From contig JYFJ02001670.1 in the NCBI GenBank assembly GCA_000934665.2, forward strand, positions 1-64,000: a stretch of DNA of 64,000 nt, given 5' to 3'. Shown here one piece after another: positions 37,718 through 51,248 of this stretch. Made by a program: the position numbers and the translations under genes. Position 1 is the stretch's first letter. Every line of letters starts with the position of its first letter. Source of the stretch: Catajapyx aquilonaris (Eukaryota). The notes below the pieces were generated by a model that worked only from the letters and a program-made list of their open reading frames with translations, was not told the origin of the DNA and searched no databases.

Positions 37718-38730
37718 TATGCACTCATTCAACCAACATTTTGAATTGCCCCTAACAGTAATGATTGAAATTAACTACTTGTGAGAAAGTCGATAACTGA
37801 AACGGACACCTCAAATAGAACACACGATGTATGTGCCTGTATTGATTCACATACGCATATTCCCAAGGTGTTTCAAAAGGCAGCTCTGATCCACATGTGG
37901 TAAGATCCTGAGTCAAATTAGCGCTGCAGTAGGCCTATAAGAGTCGATCAGATTGCATGTGCCTCAAGCAGCCTCTCAACCCCTTTCAATGAAGGTGATA
38001 ACACTTGACCCAAGGGGTCTGTGGGCGTATGTGACATATACACCGACACGGGTCTGGGTTGACTTTTGGGTACCCGGTACTTTGCAGACGAGAATTACTG
38101 TGATCACAATTTCGATAGATAGAAACCAAAATAAAATAATATTTTACAGCACTTACATTATGGTACATTGCTTTTTGTAGTATTGACCTACTCTTCGTAT
38201 TATAAATGTGCAATGCTGTGAAAATTAGTAAAATTACAGGTTTCCTATTTAACATGTACAGTAATTGTACCCAAAAGTATTACAGTATTCATTAAAATAC
38301 CTTCCCGGAGGCCTCTGATTGGCAGGCTGGCAGCATTTGCCAACATGATAGTAATAATATAGAAAAATGTAGATCTTTTGAGGTCAACCTATAGCTATAG
38401 CTTACCTGGCAAAAAAAGTTTAATAATAATTAGAATATTTGACTCTTGTTGTAATTAAAAACGATGAACGTATACGTGTGTTTGTAGACTAGAGGTGATT
38501 TGATTTTTTACAGCTGTGTGTTATACCTTTATACTGTACAATCACGCCATGAATTTTCAGCCGATGATCATCATTCATCTGGGTCCCACCGCTATTATCC
38601 CTATTATAAGTGCGATCGAAGGATGTAATCATATACCTTCCTTATCAGATATTACGTCATTCGCACGCCAAGGGCAGCAAAACGTGATGATTTCGAGAAC
38701 AGTTCTACCATAATAAGCCAAACTATCGTT

Positions 38731-38732
<2 letters not shown>

Positions 38733-38795
<63 letters not shown>
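38733..38795. repeat. (AAT)n microsatellite
   Basis: About 20 perfect AAT units. Confidence 0.97.
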
Positions 38796-38796
<1 letters not shown>

Positions 38797-40527
38797 GAGT
38801 CAATTTAGAGTAATGCTCCAGCTGCATTATTATATAGTACGACATAAAATTAATTCATTTGATATTTTCTGCAAAAGGGAGTTACGTACCTTAGCTTCTG
38901 AATGGCTACATGCGACTTCCAAAGACCCATTTTCATGCCCTGACTGATCAATAGAGAAGGAAAAGTCAATATGTCGAGGGGATGACGGTCAGAGGTACAG
39001 TATAGTAGGTAAGGGTTATACACCTCCTTGAAATTATCAACTACGAGGCGCCACAGATTGCGATCTTTACTAGGGTCCAGAAATTGTGTTCCCTTACTCG
39101 ATGATGGAAACGTTATGAGGGTGGTAAGCCAGTTAATCTTTCACTCTCTAGAAATTGCCTTGTTGGAAGGGACGATCCAAATTGCCATAATACGGTACAT
39201 GCGACCTTCGAAATGTGACTATGCCCAGGTTGAGGTCTCAAATTTCCAACAACATGATTACTGATCGTCAAGGTAACAGATCAGTTTCTCATTAGCCATG
39301 GGAAGAATATTATGAAAAATAATGCGTACAGTATTTTCTTGACTTTTATAGTATACGTCAGTGAGACATTTGAGACATGCAATCACTCTCTTCAAGATAT
39401 GCTTTAAAGGCTATCACATTTTCAACTTAATTAATGTTGGATACATGCAGTTTTCTCAGATGTTTTCATGCAAGTTTTTCATGTTCCCGGTTGCAGTTTG
39501 CTTTTCATCATATGCCTTCATGGGTAGGTCAGACGACGAATAAAACTTGGGTACGAGTTGCAACCAGGCAGCGATGACGCCAACCCCTAGCGCTTTCTGC
39601 CTCTGGGAACGACAGACTGTTTGATCGAACTTATTGGCCCATTGCTGGAGGGTTTGACTTTTCCTTCACTTTAGGGGGGCTGCTGCCTGCATGACATTTC
39701 AAATGTTATGTATTTGCAAAAGCAAGAGCGTAAAGCCCCGCATGATTCCAATGATGCCAATCTGTCATGGGCTATTTCGGGACTCACACGCTCGGTTGAC
39801 TGTACGTTGGCTATTTCCTGATGAGAATTAACCTTTTTTTTGGGGGGGGGGGGGAGTGTGGTCTGTTTGTTGAGCCAGGTAGAGCTAGGCACGTGCTGTT
39901 CCTGGCCATTTCACCACTACATGTCGCTCTCTGTCCCCTGAGTGAAGGTTGTGTGATACCAAGGACATCTGGAGACTTGTCACTTTGGTCGGGGGGTTGT
40001 AATTTCAGCGCGCTCTGCACAGAAAGCCGCTTTTCCTGTTCCGAAGGGAGAAACAATTACAAACAATTTATCTACTACTTGTTGCGTTACTTCTGTGTGT
40101 AATTTACCCACGAGAATTTAAAATGATGTCATTGCAATATGGCTCGCATTCTGAATTTTATGCGCCGCATGTCAATATTGACGAGAAGTTTTATATGCAG
40201 GCGTGACGTGTATGAAATGGAAGGATCCTATTAAAGTGACCATTCATTTTTCGACATGCATTTTTGTGTGTGGCAGTACTATTCCTCATAACGCAATTCA
40301 CCTGACAGATAGTAATGGGGCACCTGTTACAAGCTACATCTGTTATTGTCAGGGTAAAGCGGAAATGTATGCGCAAAATGGACTTATTCGAATGAGAGTT
40401 AAAATATACCGTACTTTTAAAGTTTGATCATGACGGATAGTATTCCGTTTGCAAATTCATTTAAATAAAATCTACTGATACAAAAATGAAAGAAATGAAC
40501 CTAAAGTATTGCACTTATCTCGTAAGG

Positions 40528-40832
40528 CACCGAAGCCAGACCGAAGCAGTGGTAGCGGAGGGGATATGGTATCCGACTGCTAATCGGGAGGTCCTGGGTT
40601 CGAATCCCGGTGGCCGCCGACCCTGACCGTGATTTTCCGTGGTTTCCCATGGTCTCACCAGGAAAATTCCGGGGTCGTGTCCGTAATTATAGGCCACAGC
40701 CGCTTCCTTCCGTCCCTATCCCCATATACGAGAAGTAAAAACGAAAGCAAGAGTTCCAGATTTAAAAAAAATATGGTGGTATCCCACCCCCCTAAGAGGG
40801 CCCATGGCTCTAGCACGGGGTACAAATTATTA
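40528..40832 (+). mobile_element. tRNA-derived SINE, family A
   Basis: A/B boxes; 13-bp TSD ttatctcgtaagg at 40515-40527 and 40833-40845. Confidence 0.92.
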
Positions 40833-42044
40833 TTATCTCGTAAGGTGTCAGTTTTTGCAACCTTGTCCTGAAAGAAAGTTTCTCCTATACCGTGTGTTTC
40901 AAAATAGTTCATATCCGCATCGGTTTAAATGTCACGGACTCTCTTCCACCAAGTTGGTACTCCTGTGCCGCCATTTTAGTCAGTCAGAAGAAGAGAAGGC
41001 ACATCCCAAGGCGATACTACCCTCTCTACCACCTTCCCTTGCCACAGGCACACACTACCTTTATGCCGATACCGATGTGAGCTAAATTCTGAAACCACAC
41101 ATGGATGAACAGAGCCATTCCCAAGTGAATAGGGCACCTCTTTGGTCTTCTAAAATTTAGCGTTTCACTGCAGTGAAATCAAGGGTGGGGTAAACAGTAC
41201 CTTCATGGGAAAAATAACCGCCTTCTTTTACAAAATAATGTTTCGATGCCGAGAGGGCGTAATTTCCTTCAAATATCATTTTGAAATATATGCTGTAGTT
41301 ATACGTATTTTCATTCCTGTTTTCTATTTGGCTGATTTTTATTTAAACAAAATAATGCAAAATAAATACAGTAGTTACTTCTGAGTTGCCCTCGCATAAT
41401 TATCGCAATGAAGAATATAACCAGGTCTGTACAGTGTTGAATTTGCTGGGTGCTCATTAAAATAGGGTGCACCTGACATTTTAAACAAGAATGTGGCATA
41501 TATTTAATTGTTAATTTGTGCAGTGGCTTGTATACTGCAATTGGTTACAAGATATTACAATGATGATGTTGCGCAACGTTATGCGTAATTACTCAAACAT
41601 ATGCCAGAGTCTGCAGAGAGATTGTATTTTAGTGACGCATGCCTCAGGCAGGCAGAGAGGGCACATGTAGACAGCCATCTAGACAGTTCCTACATAAAGT
41701 GCGGAGGGTTTTATGACTCATGAAAATATATAGCAATGATTTTGCACGGAAATTTTGCGTTTTAGTATGATGATTATGATGATGGGGGTGATCCCAAACG
41801 TATTCATATATCGCAACGTATTTTAGTGAAATGTTGCAATAATAGAAGAGTGTCTGACAGCTTGAAATGTACAATGTAATACCGTGTATTAGCAGGATGG
41901 CTTTTTGCTCTCAGAAAAAAATTCTGACGTTTTTAGGAAACGCTTCTGAAGAGCACATTTTGCCTACGGCACCTAAACGACAGTTAAGTGCGTTTATGTA
42001 ATATAGGATTTTAAAAAATTTAAACCGTGATAGGGCGGAGCCCT

Positions 42045-42272
42045 TTTAAGGGGGAAGGGGAGGTTCCCAAGGGAGGGCACTGTAATTATAGTCATTTATG
42101 ACTTTCTGAAATGCACCAGACATTTTCTCCTGGCCCTGGGCAGAGTTGGGAGTGCAATTATGCCCTGGCAAGTCGGGTGAAAAGCGGAAAAAGACCCGGC
42201 CAAGCAGAGGTGACGGGATTTGAACCCCGGCCTCCCGCTTGGCTGGCCAGTGGCGTAACCACCATGCCTCAC
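42045..42272 (-). mobile_element. tRNA-derived SINE, family B
   Basis: Minus strand gaggcatggtggttacgccactggccagccaagcgggaggccggGGTTCAAATCCC; similar head at 63700-63800. Confidence 0.65.
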
Positions 42273-43136
42273 TTGTAATATAGGATACTGTTAATTTCAT
42301 CAAATCTATCACGTGAACTTATAGCAGCAGAATCCAACGAAACATGGAATGCATGGATAATTTTTGATTCCAGTTACAAAAATACTGTACGAAGCATATC
42401 ATCAAGCAGCTACCTTTTCCGTAACATCCACAGGGTCAGTTACACTCAGGTTTCATTCTAATGGTCAATAATAATCAGTGAAAAGATGTATACCGGTAGT
42501 TAAAATGTAACTACCAACAGCTGAGGCTAATCAACATTGACGGTGTCGGAGGTCGGGCATCTCAGATGACTACAGTTTTGTTGGGAAAACTAGATCTGAG
42601 GATCCCTTCATTAGCCACCATCAAATGTGTCAATAATCCTTGACGGCCGGCCCCTCCTAGCGCCGGTAGAACTCGATTAACGTCCATCCCCCTTGCCTTG
42701 CAAAAGACCACTTTGTGGCTCCTTTGACCTCGCTCCATTCCCTGGCGGTTAACAGGAGGATTTCAACCGAAGAGATCAACATAATTACAGGGTGGTCTAC
42801 AATCTGAATCTCTTCTCTGGACTTACAACACCCCCGACAAGTACAGACACTTCTGGAAGTCGTCCAACACTGGGATAGTCGTGCTGCTCATTACACGCAC
42901 ATGGGCATTGGTAACATGAAATGCCACGTCATGTCTTCAGTATAATGAGCTGGTTTGCAGCTGTAAGCTTTGGTAAATTCTCTTGTGAAGTGAAAATGCC
43001 AGCAGGGTTTATGTCAGTTATGGTGTTATACTGTATGTTCGGAAAATTTGCGAATATACTCAACCGCAGTCGCTTGCGGCAAGCTGGAACCATGTAAATG
43101 GGAGAGACATGTTCCTCAACATTATAGCAATATACC

Positions 43137-43364
43137 CAGGCCTGGGCAGAGGGGGGGGGGGGTGAGTAGGGCCAAATGGCCCGGGCCTACGGTGTTGTGG
43201 GGGCCTACTTCCACTGGTAGACTGTGTGTGTTTTTTTTTATACATTCACCTAAGCTAGCTAGTGTGACCTTGAACACAAAAAATTTCGCCTTCGGCGGGC
43301 TATTTGGCATGGGGCCTACAATTCCGATCTGGCTGGGGCCTCCCACCGCCTCTGCACGGGCCTG
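43137..43364. mobile_element. hAT-superfamily MITE with 8-bp TSD
   Basis: CAGGCCTGGGCAGAGG...CCTCTGCACGGGCCTG; TSD AATATACC at 43129-43136 and 43365-43372. Confidence 0.9.
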
Positions 43365-43383
43365 AATATACCCCCTATATATA

Positions 43384-43694
43384 CAGGGTGTTTCAACTTT
43401 TTTGTTCGAACAGTTATCGGAAAATTGGACGTAGCTGCTACTTTTTGTAACCGGCGATTTGTCGGAGGAATGGGGAAAAAGAGGGCCACACATCCCATGG
43501 CATGTGTGACCCTCTTTTTTCCATGCTTGACCATCAATTTTTCAGCGGGCAGCACGTCTGCCACTTCAACCTACGATTCGCAGGGAATATTCCCCGTTCC
43601 TCCGGAAAATCACCGCTTGCAAGTCACTGCTTACAAAGTAGCAGTAGCTGCTATTTCCCGATAACTGTTCGGACAAAAATGTTGAAACACCCTG
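43384..43694. mobile_element. Tc1/mariner MITE
   Basis: TA|CAGGGTGTTTCAACTTTTTTGTTCGAACAGTTATCGG...CCGATAACTGTTCGGACAAAAATGTTGAAACACCCTG|TA. Confidence 0.92.
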
Positions 43695-46600
43695 TATATG
43701 AGGTACAGGTGGCCCAGGAAAATACTGCACAGCCCTATGGGTTTTTTCCAAATATTCAATCCCACCACCCTACCATCGCCTCCCGTATGTTTACCCGGGA
43801 GGAAATGTACAGATGTCAGGTGGGAAATTTTTCAACTGCCATATTTTTGGTTCCATTTGCGTCTGGCAACTAAAAAATCCCGGAAATCCCGTGGAGTCTT
43901 TTCCTGAGCCGACTATAGGCTGTTCATACAGCCACTTCTTCTCTTTTTTTACCAAATGAACTTCAGAAGCTAAAGCCTAACAATGAGATTAAAATAGACA
44001 AAAGAAGTAGGCTACCTGTGTGAATAGGTTTGCATAGAAACTACTGTACATGACGTAAATTGAAAAATGAAACAAAGCAATTATTGGGAGCAGTCCGACA
44101 TTCTAATTGATGGACACGTAAATGCATTGCCTAGGCGCTGACAGATTAACAAAAAAGCTTGAGCTTGAGCTTGGCAGTTGCAATTTGCAGAGGCTGATGG
44201 TGAAAACATGTTACCCGAATCGGTCAGTGACTCTGAAAACAACTTTATCCTGGTTAATCCCACTGCACATCAGGAGGCAAACAAAGAAAAACACCCACAC
44301 AAAAGTCTTGGCCTGCTGGAAATTCCAGCAACTTACTTACCGTCTATGTAATCTGAGTAACCCTACCGAAGTATACAAATAAATAAATAAATAAAATAAT
44401 CTAAGTGTAATAATATATTCATAGCTGTATCTCATGTGAAATCAACGTTTCTTCGTGAGCTTCGACGTTATTAGAGGTCACTTATGGCTTCTGACGTAAC
44501 AACCCGTTCACCATATGCTTGACCCGATTGTCTGATTATCTGATACATTTTTTATATGCAACTCCACTGGGTCAGGTTCGGAGGACAATCAAATTGGCAC
44601 CCACTGACCCATTTTTTCGGCCACGTTAACTGTACATTATGTAAACGAGTGGATGACGGAGGGTAAACAATATCGACTTTTGAGTGGACGGGCTAGCGAA
44701 TATCACTTTAGCTCAACTTTGCCTATTTTCCCGGGTATAATTTCCTAAAAGGAACTTCCAATTACCGCGTAATCCGGAAGCAATTACATTTGGCGTTTAG
44801 GGAGAGACGGGGACTTTATGAACTGGAAGAGCACAGAACAGAGAAGAATTTTATATATTACCCCGAGTAAAGCAAAATTAACGGACGCCCGTGAGCGTAA
44901 GAAAATTTAACTCGATATAGAATACGCAAAAATTCAATATATTCTGAGCCTTTTACTTGACAGACGCCGACCCCTTTTGCTTCACTAAAAGGGCCTTGAT
45001 ATAGGACGAGTCATAAAATACCTCTAAATGGGCTGCATAGGTCTGTGATAAATTAGCAGTTACATGTAGCATTTTATAGATATTTTCAGGCTGAAATTAA
45101 CGCAGCAGCATGGTAACTTACCTTGTGATGACGTTTTTCATTTAATCGGCCCTTCAAGCAGCGATGCTAATAAAACGAGGGGAAAACGATCCCTTGGCCT
45201 AGATGACAGTAAGGCATGTATTTCTAATATCAACTGCGGAGCTCAGGATCGAAATTGAACCCGAATCAAAGCGGGACCAAGAGACCGTCCGTATCCCTAA
45301 TGCCAAGATAATTAATTTTTGATCTGCAAAGCCTGACATCCGACAAAATTTAGTCCTGCTTAGCTTTCAGAATTGAGGAGAAATCAAGACTGTAAGAGAA
45401 GGAGGGAAAAAATATGGCTGATGTAAGGAAGATGATGCTTGTTCCATCGATTATATAAATATAAGGAGTGAATATTATAGCCGAGAGATGTAGAAGCAGT
45501 ACGAAATTTACTTGGGGCAGCAAGGAAGATCTCAACTAAAATCAACAGCATCTACTGGGTTAATAATTTGCACAGAACTGGTGCAAGATACTGTACCAGC
45601 ACTTTAGGTGCTTAGAGGGATAGGAATACTGCGCTGACACATCACCGTAATCAGCCTACTGATCATCCTGACTAGTACTGCTCTTCCTCTGGAGAATTTA
45701 TGACGTACTGTATAGTGGGAAGCTAATCTGTAAGCCTTATACCTGCAGCTATAGCCACCAGCGACTGTACCCTGTTGTGTAGGTAATTAGCACTTGTAAG
45801 CGAATTTTACAATCATAAGCCGGATTCCATTCGCTTGCAGGAGATCATCCTTCACGTTAATGGCCCACTGACAAGACCTAATTATGCAGCTCACAGACCA
45901 TACCTACCTGGTGTTAATTATTGAAAAAAAAATCACGCCAGTAATGAATTCCTACAATAGTAAACAGTAGCTAAATTAAAATAATTGTCGATTCTAGGAC
46001 AGATTAGATTGGAAGGTCACAATTTCGTTTTGGAAAATTGGTTTTTTTGTTTGTGTTTGCGCGCTGTACAGTGCATGGCGGTTTGCGAAACACACTTGTC
46101 CTTGGAGATCCTGACGGTACATTGCGTGGGACTCTGAAGGAGCCTCCTGACCTTAGAGGCTGGCTTTTGTGGAGAGTGGTAGGTTCTTGCAGGTGATGTG
46201 GTTGAGACGTCGAGAGGGCTCATGGATGTTCTGGCTGCTGTATATGCAAGCGCGTGGTCTGAGTAGTGGTTTCCCGAGTTTGTGAGGAGCCAAGAAGACA
46301 AGGGGGCCGTGGTGGTGGTATAAAGTCTGTGACAGTGTTATGACTCCTAAATAAATAGGGTGACATGCCTTGAATCTAGCAATAGGTAGCTGAGAATAAA
46401 GAGCGGTGCGTCACGGAAATAATTATCTCTTACGGTAATATTAAAGCAGCACTACCGGTAATAAGAGTGGCAAGGATAACGGGCGCACTGATGAATAACA
46501 GTCATGTTGGCAGTCAATCGATGAAAAGGTAGTAGCCGGTGCCCTACTTTTGCAAAATGATTGGCATTTTTGGAATCAAGACTGGCCGCACGACACATTT

Positions 46601-46979
46601 GAATGGATCAAAGTTTCGATTACACGCAATACTCTAGTAACAATTCTGTCCAAACACAATTGCCTTCTACAGTAGCAGGAACTTTGGGCAATAAAATTAT
46701 TCCAGAACGCCATGCATGAGAATGTGTTTTAGAATGCAAACACGCGTTACCATATGGCAGGTTGTACTCACGATCATATTTATGCAACTGATGTGTCCTC
46801 ACCAGGCTCATAAGGCACTGCCTCTTCCTGTGATTCATAATGAGGCACTGTTGCCATTAGCATATTTAGTCTAATTACAGCTGTCTACACAGGATGGGAA
46901 TATTTATAAACATTAAATTGCCAATTGCATATAATCTGAGAGGATATAATGCTATTCGACTTTTCATATCATACTAATA

Positions 46980-47190
46980 CAGGGTGTTTCAACTTTTTTG
47001 TCCGAACAGTTATCGGAAATATTGCACTAAGCTGCTATTTTGTAAGCAGTGTATGCCACTTCAACCTAAGATTCGCAGGGAATATTCCCCATTCCTCCGA
47101 CAAACCGGCTTCAAGTCACTGCTTACAAAGTAGCAGCTCATAGTCCAATATTTCCGATAACTGTTCAGACAAAAAAGTTGAAACACCCTG
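46980..47190. mobile_element. Tc1/mariner MITE, shorter copy of the 43384-43694 family
   Basis: Same TIRs, TA flanks and shared internal sequence (gccacttcaaccta..attcgcagggaatattcccc). Confidence 0.92.
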
Positions 47191-49185
47191 TATATGCCAA
47201 AGAAATTTCATTTCCAGCTTTAACACCAAGCTCATCCTAATGCACCCTGCAATCAACTATCGCAACGGCGTTTCCTGAAAATAATATGCTCGCGTAAATT
47301 ATTATTCAACTAGTGGACGATAATGAAAGTTGCCATCATATCCAGACTCGTGTAAAATGCCCCCTTTCCACTGAAATAGAAAACAACCACAAAATCCTAC
47401 TCTGAATACCAAAACGGGCCAACGCGTGGCTGAATCACAGGTCTCTAGCCTAAATATGAATATGCATGCCGAGTAAGGTTTACTGCTTCGGGTATCGCTG
47501 TCAGAATCTTCCCGCAAGTAGTTGGTAAGCAGGATCTCAAACCGACGGAGTTCGTAACAACCCACTCCTCCTGAACCTCGAAATACAAGAGAAGAATATA
47601 ATCCTCCTCTTTGTGAACGAACATGCCCAGTTTGAGCCTTCAGAGTATAGGAGAGAAGAAAGCTTTAAAGAAAGTTCAGCATGTTACTGGATGAATGATG
47701 AAGACATAAATTTATTTATTTATTTACACTCCAGCCGCAACTGACATGAGATTTTAGATCCAGCTGGTGCCGAGAATTTCGACCGGTGACCCCATGTCGT
47801 TTATAATGGCTAAGGTACACAATAAGAACGCTATTAACGATAATTAAATGGGAAAGAATTAGCATAAAGAATTGTGAGGAACTTTAATTAAATGCAAAGC
47901 TTGCCTGTGCATGCCGAGATAAAATTTAAGGACTTCGACCTGGTTTCTCCATACAGATTGTATACGCACCGTGTAGAAACTGGCCAGAAAGTGGTGCCAG
48001 GCCTAAATCGAAGACATTATTTGTTGGGGAAATGAATAAGGAGAAGTTTTTTTTTCAGTCTTAACTTTTCAACGGTAGCGCATAGGAGTGAGAAAGTTAT
48101 TAAATTGCTACAACCTTGATTCAACAACTTCTGCAAATTTTGGAAACTCTAAAACTCTCGCTGATCGAGTTCATCGATCTGAAGTCTGCAGTAGAATTAA
48201 CATCTCTACCACTGACGAATATGCGCACTTTTTACCATCGCATGACCACATGACAATTACCATACAGCGCAAGTGTGACTTCCTGAGCCAAACTCATGAA
48301 TGTATTCAGTGAGAAGCAAGTTAGTCCAACTTGGCGCAAGATAATCCCGCCAAAGACGGGATCGACCCAGGGAGGCCTTTAGGCAGAATGATGGTAACCG
48401 CATCATTCTTCCTGGTTCATTCAGGGTCGCACTATGCTGGCATATAATTATACAGTAGCCTATAGAGACTGAATCGATTGCTGCCTGCCTAGACGTCCTG
48501 CCAGAGGCAGGATCTTGCACGACCCAAATCCGGGTGTTGGAAGCAGAGTAGGTGGTAGTATATATACGAGTACTTCTGCCAGGGGCAAGAAGGGCGGGTT
48601 CAGGGTCGGACGGTCAAAGTATGAATATTTCAAATGACATATGAATTGAGATGCGGCCATGAATTTATTGATGAAAGACTCCACATTTATTACAGCAATT
48701 TTCTGTGCGGAACTCATGCTAAGAAGCTTTTCAGCCATCCTACGCTCGGTTTTTAAAAGAAAATATTAGAAGCCATCATTCAGGTTACTGTCGATAAAAT
48801 GTGGCTACAGCAGACACGGGAATGTGACCTATGTGCTACAGACATGAAGGGGTTTCAACCATCAGAGTTTGCGTGACTATAATGGTATGCGCGTTTCTAT
48901 TCTGATATGTCATAAACTACTATGCCGAGGAACTAGCATGACTCGCGGGCTTCGACCTCCTCTCTAATAAACAAGGTGTTTTTACGTTGCGAAAAGCTGT
49001 AAAAAATTGAAACTACTTACAGTACCCACAGCATAAGTTCTCAAAAATGGATTAGGCGACCATAAGCGATCTGATTGGTGAAGCAGAGGCCTGCTCCACC
49101 AATCAGATCGGTGGGTACAGTGGGGTACAAAAGAAATGCTCTTTTGAAACCCTACCGTGTATGGCTTAACCACAGAGGTCGCAAT

Positions 49186-49556
49186 TTTTTTTATTTAGGT
49201 TGTACCCCATGAGACAGTGTCAATATGGGGGGGGGGGGGGGGGNGGGGGTGGACCATATTTCCATCATATTTCCATATTTTCTATTTTCCATTTCTTCTA
49301 ACTCCGGTGCAGGGAATGAAAGACATAGGTCATAGGGTAAGAATATGGATTTTTGGGGAGGGAAAATGGGTGCAAGTGCAATGTCTGAAATGGAGTCATG
49401 TGCTGTTCCCCAGGAGGTTAGGTTGCCAGACACCTCCAAGGCGCGGGTCATAGGCTCTCCTGACGCAGGTGAAAAGGAGCTCCCAGGCGGGGCTCCAACC
49501 TGGGATCTTTCACTCAGAAAGCCGACACGTTACCATCTCGGCCACAGCACCTCCTC
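49186..49556 (-). mobile_element. tRNA-derived SINE, family C
   Basis: Minus-strand A box TGGCCGAGATGG, degenerate B box GGTTGGAGCCC, A-rich tail; 13-bp TSD cagaggtcgcaat at 49173-49185 and 49557-49569. Confidence 0.8.
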
Positions 49557-50929
49557 CAGAGGTCGCAATATTTAGGACATGGTCTATTTTTTGATAAGTT
49601 AGAATGTGGTCACTGTAGACTATATAGTCAAAATCAATGCAAGTTTATGTGTACACTATGTGGCCATGTTCGGTTTATTATGTTTTTCTTTGAACCGTCT
49701 TTTTTTCTACGCCCACACGTTCCTTTTTGCTATCTGCCAAAAGTGTGTGTGTGTGGGTCAGAAGCTTTGAGATCCTCTTCTGAAAGGAGTGGAAGAGAAT
49801 CTGTACTCTTGTGTCGAGAGCTCTGCGGAAGGGATTTGCGTAGAAGGAAGGTGCACCGTACCATGGAAATTTCAATTCCTGGAAAGATTGAAGTCGGACA
49901 CATCTGGTTTATCTTCCTGCGCTATTTCTCCAGGCTCTACCAGACAAACCTGGAATATTATTTTGCTCGTACAAGTTGGTGCTGAATACAACCGCTTAAT
50001 AAGCACCTCTGATTATAAGAAATACGACTCATAACTACTCTGAAATGACCACAAATGAGGATCTCAGTCGCTGACGATGCCATAAAGCTCAGTATATTCC
50101 CTACTAAAACTAACTACTCTGTTGAAATCAGCGTGACCCCTTCAAGTGGGTGGAAAAGGTTGGGTCAGCGGAAAAAAGCTGCGTATCCTCTTGAGAAGGT
50201 AGTGGTTTGATGATCTGGTCGGGAGTCCCTTTGCAATGGGAGTAGATATTCATTTTTCATGAGCCTGCAGATGCATAAAAGATAGGAGTCGGTATGAAGT
50301 AAAGGTCCGTTGGCCAGCCCCCCTCCACCCCCCTTCAGTTCTTCGGCTCCGTTTCACCTCCCTTTCTGATATAGAACCCCAGTCAACAGGAGTCGATCAA
50401 TTTTTTTTCCGTTTCAGTAAGTAACGTTGCGATGGAATCCATTTTCACCACCTCCGTGCAAAGTTAAACGAATGGACTCTTTTTTTTTATCTTTTCACTT
50501 TAGCGCCTAGAAACGTGATGAGTCGTCTTTTCATCTATCATTTGATTATGAATGGCAGCTATATTGCTCTCTAGTACTGGTGTCTTTCCATATTTCGTAA
50601 CAAAGTGGCTGCGACTTGATACGAGGCTGATTTTTTATGCCTTCCAAATAGAACTGATGAAGTAGCACAATTTTGCATCTATTAGTGAATTTGAGTCTCA
50701 ACTGAGAGGCGAATTTGACTTCTAAACGACATATCCTATTCCGTCCTGTGGTTCGTTACCTCTCTTGCAAGGAAAGTTTTGCAGCTTTGAACCAGCGGAT
50801 GCGAAAATTAAACTGTTTGTTGGAGAAGGAAATGCAGAATAGGTAAAATGGGTTGCGTCAAGTAGAAGGTGAAATGTGCATTACGTAATTTATCGACAGT
50901 TCCAGAGGTGTATGTACACTGTTTTGTGC

Positions 50930-51248
50930 ATGAACAAGTACAGACTTTAAAAAACATTTTTAAGGACACGCTTTATGAGGTAGCGAATTCGATTATGAGA
51001 GCCTGTCACTCCGCCCCGTCTGGCGTATGGAGGTTGCGAACACATCCACTCACGTGACTACCTCCCGATGATGGTGTGGAAGTGGCGATCTCACAAACTC
51101 ACGTGACTACTACCGCTATCTGGCGTTGAGGTTGAGTACTCACCCCTAATGTGAATACCTACCACTAGATGGTGGAGGAATGGCGAATTCGCTGCACGCG
51201 AGCGGACAGACATCCGTCGTAGTGAAGCTAATATAAAGCGTGTAAAAA
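50930..51248 (-). mobile_element. Helentron-associated (HINE/DINE-1-like) non-autonomous element
   Basis: Minus-strand start TTTTTACACGCTTTATATTAGCTTCAC, short gtct/gtcc repeat, inverted subterminal ACACGCTTTAT (50966-50976 and 51233-51243); left boundary approximate. Confidence 0.6.

Noticed and set aside
40735..40760. Hammerhead ribozyme in the SINE middle module (CGAAA)
   Set aside because: No CTGANGA core or compatible stems nearby.
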